Source of the DNA: a bacterium
Lineage (GTDB): Bacteria; Hinthialibacterota; Hinthialibacteria; Hinthialibacterales; Hinthialibacteraceae
DNA length: 64,000 bases
Assembly: GCA_963662285.2 (NCBI GenBank)
Contig: CAXXMV010000001.1
Location: forward strand, 864,001 to 928,000
Direction of reading: 5' to 3'
Shown here: positions 30,193-40,534 of the stretch, one piece after another
Position numbering within the stretch: the first letter of the stretch is position 1
Layout of the letters: each line of letters starts with the position of its first letter
Position numbers and translations under genes: made by a program
The notes under the pieces: model-generated
Database searches by the model: none
Told to the model about the DNA's origin: nothing
The model's input: only the letters and a program-made list of their open reading frames with translations

Positions 30193-31164
30193 TTACGATT
30201 CCCGTTGTTGCTTCCAGGTTGTCCCATCCGGGAAAACAGAAAGATAGGAATAACTTTTCTGTCCGGGAAGAATTTCGATCAAAGTTCCTCCTTTGGCCAC
30301 CTTGTCCGCTCCATAACCGCCAAATCCGGTCGCTCGACCGTATACCAGATTCACCCCACAGGATTCGCCCGAATAATCGTTCACATGATCATGTCCGACA
30401 AACATCGCCGAAACACGCCCGGTCTCAGCAATCTTTGGAAGCGCTTTTCCATTCTCCTTTTCATTGCATACTTTTTCATGCTTGATCCCTATCGCTTTCC
30501 CATTTTCCCATATCTCGTCATACTGAAGAACGGGAATATGACAAAAGACAAATCCAGGGGTTTTGGGCAACGATGCGCATTCGTTCTTCAACCAGTCCGT
30601 CTCCCGCGTCGAGACGCCTACTTTTTCCGTATGCAGCATATAGAATTGCCACAGAGGTTTTTGGGTCTTTTTATCCTGCAATTCAATCCGGTAATTCCCG
30701 TTTCCATCTCCGCGCGAGTAAAGCGTATTAGGCATACTTTCTAAAATGGAATGGGCCTTGGGACGGTCTAATACCTCATCGTGGTTGCCCCACGCAAACA
30801 ACCAGGGAAATCCAAAACTATCGATTCGCTTTGCGCATTGCTCACAGAACGACACTCCCTGCCCACCTTGATCATTGCTCCAAAAATCACCAGTTACCGC
30901 GATCAAGTCTGGTTCAAACTTTTGCAACATATTTTCGATCAACTTCATCGTCTTGGGATCGTCGACATCCCTATTCTTCCCGAAAAAATGAATATCGGTA
31001 ATTTGTAAAATACGAAACGGTTGATCTGGAGCCACCAAAATAATTTGCCGCTGATCCAACGTCGAAGATTCCGACGCAGCGCTAATCAATGACGAGGAAC
31101 TCAATAATGCCGCCGAAGCGGACGAAAGCAAAAACGAACGCCGGTTAAGAGTTAAATGATCCAC
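30193..31164 (-). CDS. Tat-exported metallophosphoesterase
   Basis: LNRRSFLL twin-arginine signal; DIH, TGD, GNHD, HIP, GHDH motifs; GTG start. Confidence 0.88.
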   Translation of the reverse strand: MDHLTLNRRSFLLSSASAALLSSSSLISAASESSTLDQRQIILVAPDQPFRILQITDIHFFGKNRDVDDPKTMKLIENMLQKFEPDLIAVTGDFWSNDQGGQGVSFCEQCAKRIDSFGFPWLFAWGNHDEVLDRPKAHSILESMPNTLYSRGDGNGNYRIELQDKKTQKPLWQFYMLHTEKVGVSTRETDWLKNECASLPKTPGFVFCHIPVLQYDEIWENGKAIGIKHEKVCNEKENGKALPKIAETGRVSAMFVGHDHVNDYSGESCGVNLVYGRATGFGGYGADKVAKGGTLIEILPGQKSYSYLSVFPDGTTWKQQRES

Positions 31165-31318
31165 GAAAATCCCTTTCCAAAACAGTGTGATGATTTTTTA
31201 TTATTTTACACGAACCGGGATTTTTCAAGAGAACACGTAAATAATTAGCGTTGCTTCTGAGTCAAGGTTATCTGCCTTCATAATCTGTATAACGCCAACC
31301 AGTTACTATATAAATACA

Positions 31319-31999
31319 TTAATTACTCGACATCATCATTGTTGTGCTCATCATCGACATCATAATCACCGCCATAACCTGGGCTTGAACCGCCTGCTGA
31401 GTCGCTTTGGCGACGCAATCTCCTATCGCTTCTTTCTCGACCAGCAGTTTTATTCTCTCTTTAGCCTTTTTACGTTGATCTTTTTCAAATAGAAAATCAC
31501 TCCAATTACAAGCCTGGATCAGGCTCAGCAAACAGAGCATTCGAGCATCAGGATCACTCCGTCGTAAAACCACAGAACGCAGTCGATCCATCATTTCGCG
31601 CTTGGCCCGTTTGTTCCTGACAGGATACCAGGTTGTAGGAAAAAGCCACAAAACATGACCTTTTTCTTCTTTGAGATACTTGGAATGCACCAGGCGTTCG
31701 ATCACTGGTTGGCGGATCAATTTACGGTTATTGGTAAACCGCTGAATCCATGTGGATATCTTTCGCGGCTTTTGGTCTTTGACTATTTCATCCAGGATGC
31801 TCTTCAATATTGGATCGCCCGTCTTTGAATCACGAATCGATAGATATTCATTATCCACCCGTAGTTTATCCTCGAAGGATAATTCCAATAAAACAGCGCC
31901 CGCCAATCCCACGCCCAAGGTGTTTATCGCACCGCCATAGAACTTTCCCGTATCTTTATTTATAGCCAACATCACTAATTCTTCTGCAAGACTCAGCAT
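31319..31999 (-). CDS. GPP34/GOLPH3 family protein
   Basis: LSLAEELVMLA...GLAGAVLLEL, TGDPIL, VLWLFPTTWYP. Confidence 0.85.
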   Translation of the reverse strand: MLSLAEELVMLAINKDTGKFYGGAINTLGVGLAGAVLLELSFEDKLRVDNEYLSIRDSKTGDPILKSILDEIVKDQKPRKISTWIQRFTNNRKLIRQPVIERLVHSKYLKEEKGHVLWLFPTTWYPVRNKRAKREMMDRLRSVVLRRSDPDARMLCLLSLIQACNWSDFLFEKDQRKKAKERIKLLVEKEAIGDCVAKATQQAVQAQVMAVIMMSMMSTTMMMSSN

Positions 32000-32011
32000 A
32001 TTTATATTCCT

Positions 32012-32197
32012 TCACTGAGAAGACCTATCATCTTCCTCAATCTGATCAGGGATTTTTTTCTTACGCAGACGCACTGCATCGCGCAGGATAAACTCAATCT
32101 GCCCGTTCACGCTGCGTAAATCATGCTGCGCCCAGGCATTGATTTCTTCCCACAACTCAGGATTGAGACGTAATAAAAAACTCTTTCGTTTAGCCAT
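32012..32197 (-). CDS. Arc family ribbon-helix-helix DNA-binding protein
   Basis: RKSFLLRLNPELW..WA..DLRSVNGQIEFILR; ATG at 32197. Confidence 0.9.
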   Translation of the reverse strand: MAKRKSFLLRLNPELWEEINAWAQHDLRSVNGQIEFILRDAVRLRKKKIPDQIEEDDRSSQ

Positions 32198-32316
32198 TTT
32201 ACTTTTTAGATTAATGCGCCCAAAAACGTTCATATTTACGTTTCGAGAAAGCCATTAAAGATCGGCTTTCCCGAAAACAAAAGCAACAAGAAAAGAACCT
32301 CGTTTCAAGAACTGCT

Positions 32317-33213
32317 CTAACTATATAAAGTTCCTGCATTCACTATCGGTTGAGCATTTTCTTCACTGCATAGCACGACCAGAAGATTGCTGACCATAGC
32401 GGCCTTGCGTTCTTCATCCAGTTCAACCACATTTCTTTCGCTTAATTGGGTCAAGGCCATTTCCACCATAGTCACCGCGCCTTCCACAATCTTCTTACGG
32501 GCGGCGATGACTGCCTGCGCCTGCTGCCTTCTAAGCATGGCGCCTGCAATTTCAGGGGCGTAAGCCAGATGGCTGATCCGCGCTTCTTGAATAATTACCC
32601 CGGCGCAGCCTAATCTTTCCTGCAATTGTTTGGATAATTCTTCATTTACTTCATCTCTGCTTTGCCGCAAAGATACATCATGCTCGCTTTCGTTGGTGTC
32701 ATATGGATAGCAGCCCGCTAAATGGCGAATGGCTGCTTCGCTTTGCGTATCGACGTATTCTTCATAATCATCCACCTCGAATAACGCCTGGGCGGTGTCC
32801 TGCACTTTCCAAACCACTACCGCGGCGATCTCTATAGGGTTGCCGCTTTTATCGTTGACCTTTAATTTCTCTCCATTAAGATTCCTGGAGCGCAAAGAGA
32901 TTTTTTTGACGGAAATAAACGGATTGCACCAGAAAAAGCCGTTTTCTTTAACCGTGCCTTTGTAATCTCCAAAAAGCAACAACGCCGCCGCCTGATTTGG
33001 TTGAATCACATAAAAACCAACCGTCATCAAAATCGAGCAGATAAGCAACACCGCGCCCGGTATCCAAATTAAGGGCGGTCTATCATTGTTAATGCCGATT
33101 AATCCATTAACAAAACAATAAATTACTATGGCATACATAAGGATATTCATTACAAGAAATATCCACCCACTCTTACCATTGATATGTTTTTCTTGATTCT
33201 TATCCTGATTCAT
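32317..33213 (-). CDS. SPFH/band 7 domain membrane protein
   Basis: Two TM helices, [45 protein letters not shown]. Confidence 0.93.
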   Translation of the reverse strand: MNQDKNQEKHINGKSGWIFLVMNILMYAIVIYCFVNGLIGINNDRPPLIWIPGAVLLICSILMTVGFYVIQPNQAAALLLFGDYKGTVKENGFFWCNPFISVKKISLRSRNLNGEKLKVNDKSGNPIEIAAVVVWKVQDTAQALFEVDDYEEYVDTQSEAAIRHLAGCYPYDTNESEHDVSLRQSRDEVNEELSKQLQERLGCAGVIIQEARISHLAYAPEIAGAMLRRQQAQAVIAARKKIVEGAVTMVEMALTQLSERNVVELDEERKAAMVSNLLVVLCSEENAQPIVNAGTLYS

Positions 33214-33234
33214 TTTGATCCTCCAATATTAATA

Positions 33235-33264
33235 TGATACTACTATGATATCACTTTTATATCA
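33235..33264. promoter_or_regulatory. Three TGATATCA-like boxes, putative RHH operator
   Basis: TGATACTA (33235), TGATATCA (33246), TTATATCA (33257); exact 11-bp period upstream of the SPFH gene. Confidence 0.55.
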
Positions 33265-33328
33265 TTTATTCAATAAAAATTTCACTTTTTTCTCTATTAA
33301 TCTATAAGCCTAATGCTTTCTAATAGTT

Positions 33329-35657
33329 CAGACCTCCTGAGCTCACCCGTGGTTTGCGGTTCTCGCGGGATTTTGTTAGGATACTGGAGGGAAGGCCAAT
33401 CCTGCAGAGTATGAGGGAGTTAAAAAAATGCCGCAGACCTTATTACCTCTATTCGCATCAGGCGAAGGATTCATATCCGAGTTGATTTCCTATCAAAAAA
33501 AAGATGGATCGGTGTACTACTTTCATGCCGGATTACCGGTTTTCAGTCATGGGGAAACCGACCTTAAAAGTTTTCGCATGTTCACCAGCCAGTTGGCGGT
33601 CAGTGGAGTCTGCCGCCAAGTTGACATCGTTAGAGCCTTTGGCATCAGCGCCATCAGTATGAAGCGATGGGTCAAGAAATACCGCGAGGAAGGCCCGGAA
33701 GCATTCTTCAAAACTCCGCGCCGACGCAGCGAACATGTCCTGACGCCGGAGGTGTTGCAAAAAACCCAAGACCTCTTATCGCAGGGCGTGAGCCGTTCCG
33801 AAGCAGCGAAGCAAATGAATCTAAAATCGAATACCTTGTCGAAGGCGATCTGCGCAGGCCGCTTGACCGAACCGGTAAAAAAAAAGACCTGAACGGCAGC
33901 AACAAAAGCCAGCGCAGCGCGGCGGATCATGCCGCTCCCATGGGGATGGGATGTACGCGGGTCGTGGAGCGGGTCTGCGCGGCGACGGGGCAACTCAGCG
34001 AAGCGCCCACCCGTTTCGAGACCTCGCTGGACGTCTGCAATGGCGGCGTGCTTTGGGCGCTGCCGGCGTTATCGGCCAATGGATTGTTGACCAAAACAGA
34101 AGCCTTGTTCTCCCTGCCCAAAGGTTATTATTCCTGCATTCATATTTTCCTGCTGTTAGCTTTCATGGCCTTGATCCGGATCAAGACCAACGAACAGTTG
34201 CGCTATTTTCCGGCGGGAGAAGGGGGCAAATGGCTGGGATTGGATCGAATCCCCGAAGTGCGGACCTTGCGGGAAAAGATCAAAATCCTGGCGGCGCCCG
34301 AATCGGTCGCGCAATGGAGCCGCATCTTGTCACGGCATTGGATGGATAACAATCCAGAGGCGGCGGGAGTTCTGTATATCGATGGACACGTACGCGTCTA
34401 TCACGGCTCGCAAACTCCGCTCCCCAAACGGTACGTGGCGCGCGACCGCTTGTGCATGCGGGGCACGACCGACTATTGGGTAAACGATCAGCAGGGCGAT
34501 CCGTTCTTCGTGGTGAGCACGCCGTTCACCGCGGGATTGCTGGATATGTTGAAACGCGAGATCGCGCCGCAACTGCTGCAGGATGTTCCCAACCAGCCCA
34601 GCCCGCAACAACTCGAAGCGAATCCTTATTGCCATCGGTTTGTCATGATCTTTGACCGTGAGGGATACAGCCCAACCTTCTTCGCGGAGATGCGGACGCT
34701 CCGCATCGCCTGCCAAACCTACAACAAGTATCCCAAAGAAGATTGGCCGGAAGCGGAATTCACCGAGGTCAATGTGGAGATGCCCGGCGGCCATTCATCA
34801 CGCATGAAATTGGCTGAACGAGGGGTGTTCCTGGGCCGGGTTTTGTGGGTGAGGGAAATCCGGAAACTCACAGAAAGCGGTCACCAAACCTCGGTGATCA
34901 GTACGGATTACACCTCTGATTTCACCCGTATTGCGGCGCATATGTTCTCGCGATGGTCACAGGAAAACTTTTTCCGTTATATGATGCAACACTATGGAAT
35001 TGATCGGCTTATCGACTACGATCTCGTCAAGCCGGATGATACCGTGAAAGTGGTCAATCCCGCCTATCGTTCTTTGGAAGGCCGGATAAAAAAACAAGCG
35101 GGACGATTGGGAAGAAAGAAGGCGGAGTTTGGAACTTTGGCGCTGACGGAATCCCAGGTGGAGGAGAAAGATATCTTATCCTTTGAACAAAAAAAGGGGG
35201 AAATCAAAGAAGATATCGAGCAGTTGGAGCATGAACTGGCCGGGATGAAGGAGGAACGTAAAACGGTTGACAAGCACTTGCCGCTTAATCAACTGCCGGA
35301 GCCGGAACGGTTTTTGCAACTCGCTCCGACGCGCAAACAATTTCTCGATGCGATTAAAATGATCGCCTATCGGGCGGAGACGGCCATGGCGATGATTGTG
35401 CGAACAAAATTGGCCCGAAGCGACGATGCCCGCTCATTGATCCGGGAAATATTTGCGACGGAAGCGGATCTCATTCCGGATGAGGAAAACAAAACCTTAA
35501 CGGTGCAGTTGCACCATTTGACCAACCACCTATCGGATCAAGCCGCCCGCAACTTAGCAGCGAATCTCAACGCCACAGAAACCATCTACCCCGGCACGGA
35601 ATTGCGACTAATCTACAAACTGGTATCGGATGAAATTCCACCAGATCAGGAGGTCTG
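33329..35657 (+). mobile_element. Complete insertion sequence (2329 bp), two-ORF DDE type, family not assigned
   Basis: Perfect 12-bp TIR CAGACCTCCTGA at both ends; 5-bp target duplication TAGTT (33324-33328 and 35658-35662); GC-richer than flanks. Confidence 0.93.
33428..33892 (+). CDS. IS orfA, HTH DNA-binding protein
   Basis: RQVDIVRAFGISAISMKRWVKKYREEG HTH; ends in A9G slippery run. Confidence 0.85.
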   Translation: MPQTLLPLFASGEGFISELISYQKKDGSVYYFHAGLPVFSHGETDLKSFRMFTSQLAVSGVCRQVDIVRAFGISAISMKRWVKKYREEGPEAFFKTPRRRSEHVLTPEVLQKTQDLLSQGVSRSEAAKQMNLKSNTLSKAICAGRLTEPVKKKT

Positions 35658-35664
35658 TAGTTAG
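33880..35664 (+). CDS. IS orfB transposase catalytic part, probably made as an orfA-orfB fusion by -1 frameshift
   Basis: LYIDGH, IFDREG, RWSQENFF DDE-like motifs; frame is -1 relative to orfA; A_AAA_AAG at 33880-33886. Confidence 0.85.
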   Translation, partial: KKDLNGSNKSQRSAADHAAPMGMGCTRVVERVCAATGQLSEAPTRFETSLDVCNGGVLWALPALSANGLLTKTEALFSLPKGYYSCIHIFLLLAFMALIRIKTNEQLRYFPAGEGGKWLGLDRIPEVRTLREKIKILAAPESVAQWSRILSRHWMDNNPEAAGVLYIDGHVRVYHGSQTPLPKRYVARDRLCMRGTTDYWVNDQQGDPFFVVSTPFTAGLLDMLKREIAPQLLQDVPNQPSPQQLEANPYCHRFVMIFDREGYSPTFFAEMRTLRIACQTYNKYPKEDWPEAEFTEVNVEMPGGHSSRMKLAERGVFLGRVLWVREIRKLTESGHQTSVISTDYTSDFTRIAAHMFSRWSQENFFRYMMQHYGIDRLIDYDLVKPDDTVKVVNPAYRSLEGRIKKQAGRLGRKKAEFGTLALTESQVEEKDILSFEQKKGEIKEDIEQLEHELAGMKEERKTVDKHLPLNQLPEPERFLQLAPTRKQFLDAIKMIAYRAETAMAMIVRTKLARSDDARSLIREIFATEADLIPDEENKTLTVQLHHLTNHLSDQAARNLAANLNATETIYPGTELRLIYKLVSDEIPPDQEVCS

Positions 35665-35817
35665 ATACATAAATATTTTGACTTTCTATAAGTCAAAACT
35701 AATTATTTAATGCAAACCATTCCATCATGTGGGATTTTGACGATTTAATGAGATTATTTATTTGGTAATAGGAGAAGAATAACCTTTTAAGTCTATATGT
35801 TTGATGATTCTTGATGA

Positions 35818-36081
35818 TTATGAATACAGTTGGGTATGGGATCCGACTAGGATAAATATCACTCGTTCATAATTGCCTTCTACCTCAAATACTAAACGCA
35901 AGTCCCCACCTGCGGATATTGACCTAGAACCCTGAAACTTGCCATGAAGCGCATGATTCTCGAGTAGTGGATGATGCTGATTATTCTGGAAATTTTCTAA
36001 GGTCTTTTTGACTTTATCTCGTATCTTTGGGGAAAGTTTGAGAAAAGCCTTATTAAAATCTTTATGATAGCGAATTTTCAT
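35818..36081 (-). CDS. RelE/YafQ-family mRNA interferase toxin
   Basis: KDFNKAF, LENHALHGKFQGSRSIS..GDLRLVF..VGSHTQLY. Confidence 0.88.
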   Translation of the reverse strand: MKIRYHKDFNKAFLKLSPKIRDKVKKTLENFQNNQHHPLLENHALHGKFQGSRSISAGGDLRLVFEVEGNYERVIFILVGSHTQLYS

Positions 36082-36312
36082 CTAGGCTTGGGTTTCTAAT
36101 TGTGTCAAATAGTCTATGGCTGCTTGGCCTTCGAGGTCTGGGCTCATATTAATACCTAGTTTGATATCTTCTTTCGCTTGAAGGATTTTGGCGGTATCTT
36201 CCTCAGAAAACTCCTCTTGTTCTTGAACAGAAATCACAAAATTAATAACTTCCTCTTGTTGATCCAGCGCAAGTTCCTGGAAATCAGTAATTACGTCTTT
36301 TGCGGTTTTCAT
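36082..36312 (-). CDS. Putative antitoxin
   Basis: Small acidic ORF whose stop directly abuts the toxin ATG. Confidence 0.7.
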   Translation of the reverse strand: MKTAKDVITDFQELALDQQEEVINFVISVQEQEEFSEEDTAKILQAKEDIKLGINMSPDLEGQAAIDYLTQLETQA

Positions 36313-36430
36313 TAGGTTTTCTCCATCTTTGGAAAAAATGATTCTTTCCTCACATTATATATCTAAAAAATCTGATCTTGTCAAAAGAATCCATATATTA
36401 GAGCGATTATTCAAAATTATGATAACCACT

Positions 36431-36976
36431 CTATCTTTCAGGATTCCACTTAATATCATCGCGGCCTTCCTGTTGATTTTGAAACCGGGCCATAACAAAA
36501 AGCAGATCCGACAAGCGGTTCAGGTATGGCAATACAAAGGAAGGTATAGATTCATCCTCACACAACATAGCGACAGTCCGCTCGGCTCTTCTACAGACCG
36601 TTCGAGCAACATGCATGGTCGAAGCCGCCATAGAGCCGCCCGGTAAAACAAAGGCCTTTAATGGGGGTAGTTGATCAGTAAATTGATCAATCCAATCCTC
36701 AAGTGATTTGATTAATTCCGGCTTGGCTTTGAGATTCTGCGCTTCAACATCTGCCAATACGCTTCCTATAAAAAATAAATCTTCTTGTATGTGCAATAAT
36801 TTTGCAGCAGTATCTTCACTAATGCCTTGGGCTATAGCCTGACCGATAAAGGAGTTCAGCTCATCAACCGTACCATAGGCTTCAACTCTCGCTGAATGCT
36901 TGGACAACCGTTTGCCGCCAAAAAGGCCAGTAGTTCCATCATCACCCGTTTTTGTATAAATTCGAGCCATTTTCAA
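36431..36976 (-). CDS. Cob(I)yrinic acid a,c-diamide adenosyltransferase (PduO type)
   Basis: IYTKTGDDGTTGL, AYGTVDELNS, RTVCRRAER, YLNRLSDLLF. Confidence 0.95.
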   Translation of the reverse strand: MKMARIYTKTGDDGTTGLFGGKRLSKHSARVEAYGTVDELNSFIGQAIAQGISEDTAAKLLHIQEDLFFIGSVLADVEAQNLKAKPELIKSLEDWIDQFTDQLPPLKAFVLPGGSMAASTMHVARTVCRRAERTVAMLCEDESIPSFVLPYLNRLSDLLFVMARFQNQQEGRDDIKWNPER

Positions 36977-37178
36977 TTTAACTCCTTATATTCAGGCATA
37001 TTACAAACTATTTAGTTTTCCAAAGATCAAAATCTTTAACTATTCCCCCCACCCCTAAATAACTTAATAAATTACATTTAATACAAAAAATGCATTTTAA
37101 GCGCCATTTTTTATAAAAAAAAGACTATTAGTAGAGAGATTTTTATAAACCATCATACGGAAAAGAGAGGAAAAGACA

Positions 37179-37883
37179 ATGAGATTATCAGGAAAACAAC
37201 TTACATCCAAAATGTTGCTGCTAGCTATGCTATGCATCACGCAAAGCCTATTCGCGGAAACATATACCTACCAGTTTGATAAAGATACGTACACTACTTA
37301 TCACGATGTACGTATTCAAGAAAATTATGTGGATTATTCTGGTGGACTCTATTTACGAGTACGAAATCCAACCAATATCTATGGATTATTATTATTCGAC
37401 AATATTGAAGCGCCGGCAGGCCTCTATTCAGTTGAACTACAGATAATCGCCAGCGAAGTTGTCACTGCGGGAACAGTTTGTGTAGAAATATTAAAAAAAC
37501 CCAGCTGGACTGATCCTCACGCTATCTTTAACCCTCCTGCAACCAACAGCACTTATCCAACCTGGAATCATCAAAACTATTCAAGCATTGAATGGGATGC
37601 GCCCGGCGCCAGCGGCGCCGAAGACAGAGGCGCCCTGATCGGAACACAGTATATTGCCAACGCCAGCCAAACATATTCCTTCAATGGAACGTTGACAATC
37701 ACAGAAGGACAAAGCGCAGTAGGATTCATTTTGACCGCTTTGGATGCATATATAAATATATATTGCAGCGATTCATGCGGCGAATCCTACTTCCTTACGC
37801 CAAAATTAATTTTGCGTAACCGTTACCAGAGAGGCGGCCTGGATGTTAATACATTATCTAATCAACGACGGCCTTTGAGATAG
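37179..37883 (+). CDS. Secreted DNRLRE/CBM96-like domain protein, possibly truncated
   Basis: Signal peptide; GLLLFD, TWNHQ...WDAPGASGAEDRG, TPKL. Confidence 0.55.
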   Translation: MRLSGKQLTSKMLLLAMLCITQSLFAETYTYQFDKDTYTTYHDVRIQENYVDYSGGLYLRVRNPTNIYGLLLFDNIEAPAGLYSVELQIIASEVVTAGTVCVEILKKPSWTDPHAIFNPPATNSTYPTWNHQNYSSIEWDAPGASGAEDRGALIGTQYIANASQTYSFNGTLTITEGQSAVGFILTALDAYINIYCSDSCGESYFLTPKLILRNRYQRGGLDVNTLSNQRRPLR

Positions 37884-38119
37884 GATTCATCCAGAGCGAT
37901 TATCAAAATTATGTTCGTTTATTATCACTTTTGATCTTTGAAAAAGCCAATCTTTTCTGGCTTTTTCGAATCGCCAATCAGAACATTATTATGAAAACTA
38001 CTCCAATTAATGATTGATATATTGCTGTATGCATTGCTTTTAGAACTAGTTGATTTAGTATTCTGCTGAGGGTGGAATAATCTATTCCACCCTCCAAATT
38101 TGTCGAAGGGGTCATTTTG

Positions 38120-39061
38120 ATGGCGCGATATGTAATTACAGGCGGAGCGGGATTCATTGGTTCTCACTTGGTTGAGCATCTTGTTAATGAAAGTCAAGAG
38201 GTGGTAGTGATAGATAATTTCACTACCGGTCTGAAAAAAAATATTCAACCCTATGCGGATGCCATAACTATCCATGAAATTGACATGCGCAATGCATCAG
38301 AAGTAATGGATGCCATGCAAGGCGCAGATTATGTGCTGCACCAGGCGGCATTGCCTTCCGTACCACGTTCAATCCAAAATCCCCATGAGACGCACGAAGT
38401 TAACATCACCGGATCACTGAATGTATTGTTCGCCGCTAAAGAAGCGGGCGTCAAACGTCTGGTATATGCCGCTTCTTCATCAGCTTACGGCGATACAACC
38501 GAAACCAGTAAACACGAAGAGATTCTTCCCAGACCTATCTCACCATACGGAGTCACAAAACTCGCGGTGGAAAATTATTGCACCGCCTTTTACGAATCCT
38601 ATGGCCTGGAGACGGTATGCCTGCGTTATTTCAATGTCTTCGGCCCACGCCAAAATCCGGATTCACCCTATACCGGAGTAATGGCGATTTTCATCCCCTT
38701 GATGCTGCAAGGCAAGCAACCCACTATTTTTGGAGACGGCAGCGCCACCCGTGATTTCACCTATATCCGCAATAACGTTCATGCCAATATGCTGGCGCTG
38801 ACCGCAGAAAAAGCGCCCGGTGAGATGATGAATATAGCATGTGGAGAAAGCCTTAGTATGCTGAAAATCGTGGAATCGATCAATAAAATTTTGGGAACCA
38901 ATATCGAACCGATTTTCGCTGAACCACGCATTGGCGATATCAAACATTCATGCGCCAACGTAGAAAAAGCCAGTAGAGTTATCGGTTATAAACCGTTGGT
39001 TAGATTTGAGGACGGATTAAAAGACACCATTGAGTGGTATAGGCAAAAATTGAATTTATAA
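38120..39061 (+). CDS. NAD-dependent nucleotide-sugar epimerase/dehydratase
   Basis: ITGGAGFIGSH, HQAALPSVPRS, SPYGVTK, LRYFNVFGPRQ. Confidence 0.95.
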   Translation: MARYVITGGAGFIGSHLVEHLVNESQEVVVIDNFTTGLKKNIQPYADAITIHEIDMRNASEVMDAMQGADYVLHQAALPSVPRSIQNPHETHEVNITGSLNVLFAAKEAGVKRLVYAASSSAYGDTTETSKHEEILPRPISPYGVTKLAVENYCTAFYESYGLETVCLRYFNVFGPRQNPDSPYTGVMAIFIPLMLQGKQPTIFGDGSATRDFTYIRNNVHANMLALTAEKAPGEMMNIACGESLSMLKIVESINKILGTNIEPIFAEPRIGDIKHSCANVEKASRVIGYKPLVRFEDGLKDTIEWYRQKLNL

Positions 39062-39190
39062 TCAATATTCTCTGGATTGCAACCAGATGTCTCAATAACG
39101 AATCAATTGCAAGCCACAATGGCATTCAACAAAAGTCCAACTTTGCGCGTAAATTATTGATCGATTGAGAACATCACGGGAGTTTGTTAC

Positions 39191-40534
39191 ATGAATATCT
39201 CATTATCAACTACGCCGCGCATCGCTTTCGTAGATTTAACCTTCAACTGGCCTCCTGTAGGTGGATGCTGGATCGATGCATATAACGTTATCGACGGCTT
39301 AAAGAAACGCGGCGCCGCAGTCAGCCTTTTCATGCCTGATTTCCAGACCTACTATCCTCGCGGCGCAGTAAACGCTCCCTTGCCCTTTGATTCCGTCAAA
39401 ATTCCATTCAACCGCTTCACCTTCAATTTTCAAACCGTTATGAAGCGTTTCCGCAAAAAGGTGAATCAATTCAAGCCGGATGTAATTTTCATCATGGACG
39501 GCTATTTCATGAAAAATCACCTGCTGACCGCTTTCGGACCTGAGCGTTGCTTCCTGCGTTTTTATTCTTATGAAATGCAATGCATCAATCTACATTACTA
39601 CCGCTACCACGAAAACCGCATCTGCGACCAGGGATATTTCGAAAATCCTATGGAATGCCATCGCTGTTGGTTCCACAGGATGCCGACCATCGGCAGGGCT
39701 TTACAGATCGCTCTGGGCTTCAAAGATAAGCATCCCACATTGCATTTTTCCCAGGAATATCTGGCCAGCGGCGCATTCACCGAATCCTACCGTCAAAAAA
39801 TGCTGGATAATTTCTCAAAACTAAAAGGCGCCATTGTATACAATGCTTCCATGCGTGAACAATTATCACCCTATGTTGATAATATACATACCATACCTTC
39901 GGGAGTTGATTGCAAGCAATTCACCCCCGGTCTACCGCGTCCGGTCAACCCGGAAGAACCTGTCAAAATATTTCTACCGGGCAGAGCCAATGATCCCCTT
40001 AAAGGGCTGCCCATATTAATTGAAGCGGGTGAAATTCTAGCCAAAAATAATCATAAATTTGAAATTCATTACACGGCGGCTATGGATTGCCCGACCGCCC
40101 AACCGTGGTTGATTAATCACGGTTGGATAACGCCAGACAAACTGCCTGATTTATACCGCAAGATGGATATCGTCGCCGTTCCATCGACCTGGATCGAACC
40201 ATTCGGCATCACCGCCTTAGAGGGCATGGCAACCGCGCTTCCTATAGTCGCCAGCCGCACCGGCGGTCTGGCCATGACCACCGAGCATGACGTCACTGGA
40301 CTATTAGTTGAACCGGGAGACGCCATAGAACTGGCTAACGCATTATCTAAATTAATTGAAAATCATGATTTGCGTATATCTATGGGAAAAGCAGGTAGAG
40401 AACGAGTATTACAATATTACGATTGGGATAAAATAATCGACCAGCATTACATTCCATTAATTGACCAAAAGATATCTCAAGTTCCCCAACCGGAACTACT
40501 CGCAGAAATTGAAAACGATAAATCCGAAGAATGA
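39191..40534 (+). CDS. Glycosyltransferase family 4 with Cys-rich insert
   Basis: PPVGGC, LKG, PSTWIEPFGITALEGMA..PIVASRTGG; C-x13-C-x10-CxxC. Confidence 0.9.
   Translation: MNISLSTTPRIAFVDLTFNWPPVGGCWIDAYNVIDGLKKRGAAVSLFMPDFQTYYPRGAVNAPLPFDSVKIPFNRFTFNFQTVMKRFRKKVNQFKPDVIFIMDGYFMKNHLLTAFGPERCFLRFYSYEMQCINLHYYRYHENRICDQGYFENPMECHRCWFHRMPTIGRALQIALGFKDKHPTLHFSQEYLASGAFTESYRQKMLDNFSKLKGAIVYNASMREQLSPYVDNIHTIPSGVDCKQFTPGLPRPVNPEEPVKIFLPGRANDPLKGLPILIEAGEILAKNNHKFEIHYTAAMDCPTAQPWLINHGWITPDKLPDLYRKMDIVAVPSTWIEPFGITALEGMATALPIVASRTGGLAMTTEHDVTGLLVEPGDAIELANALSKLIENHDLRISMGKAGRERVLQYYDWDKIIDQHYIPLIDQKISQVPQPELLAEIENDKSEE

Noticed and set aside
33667-33879. orfB start at ATG 33667 as given in the ORF track
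   Set aside because: It overlaps orfA out of frame without a clear RBS; the phased A_AAA_AAG favours a frameshift fusion.
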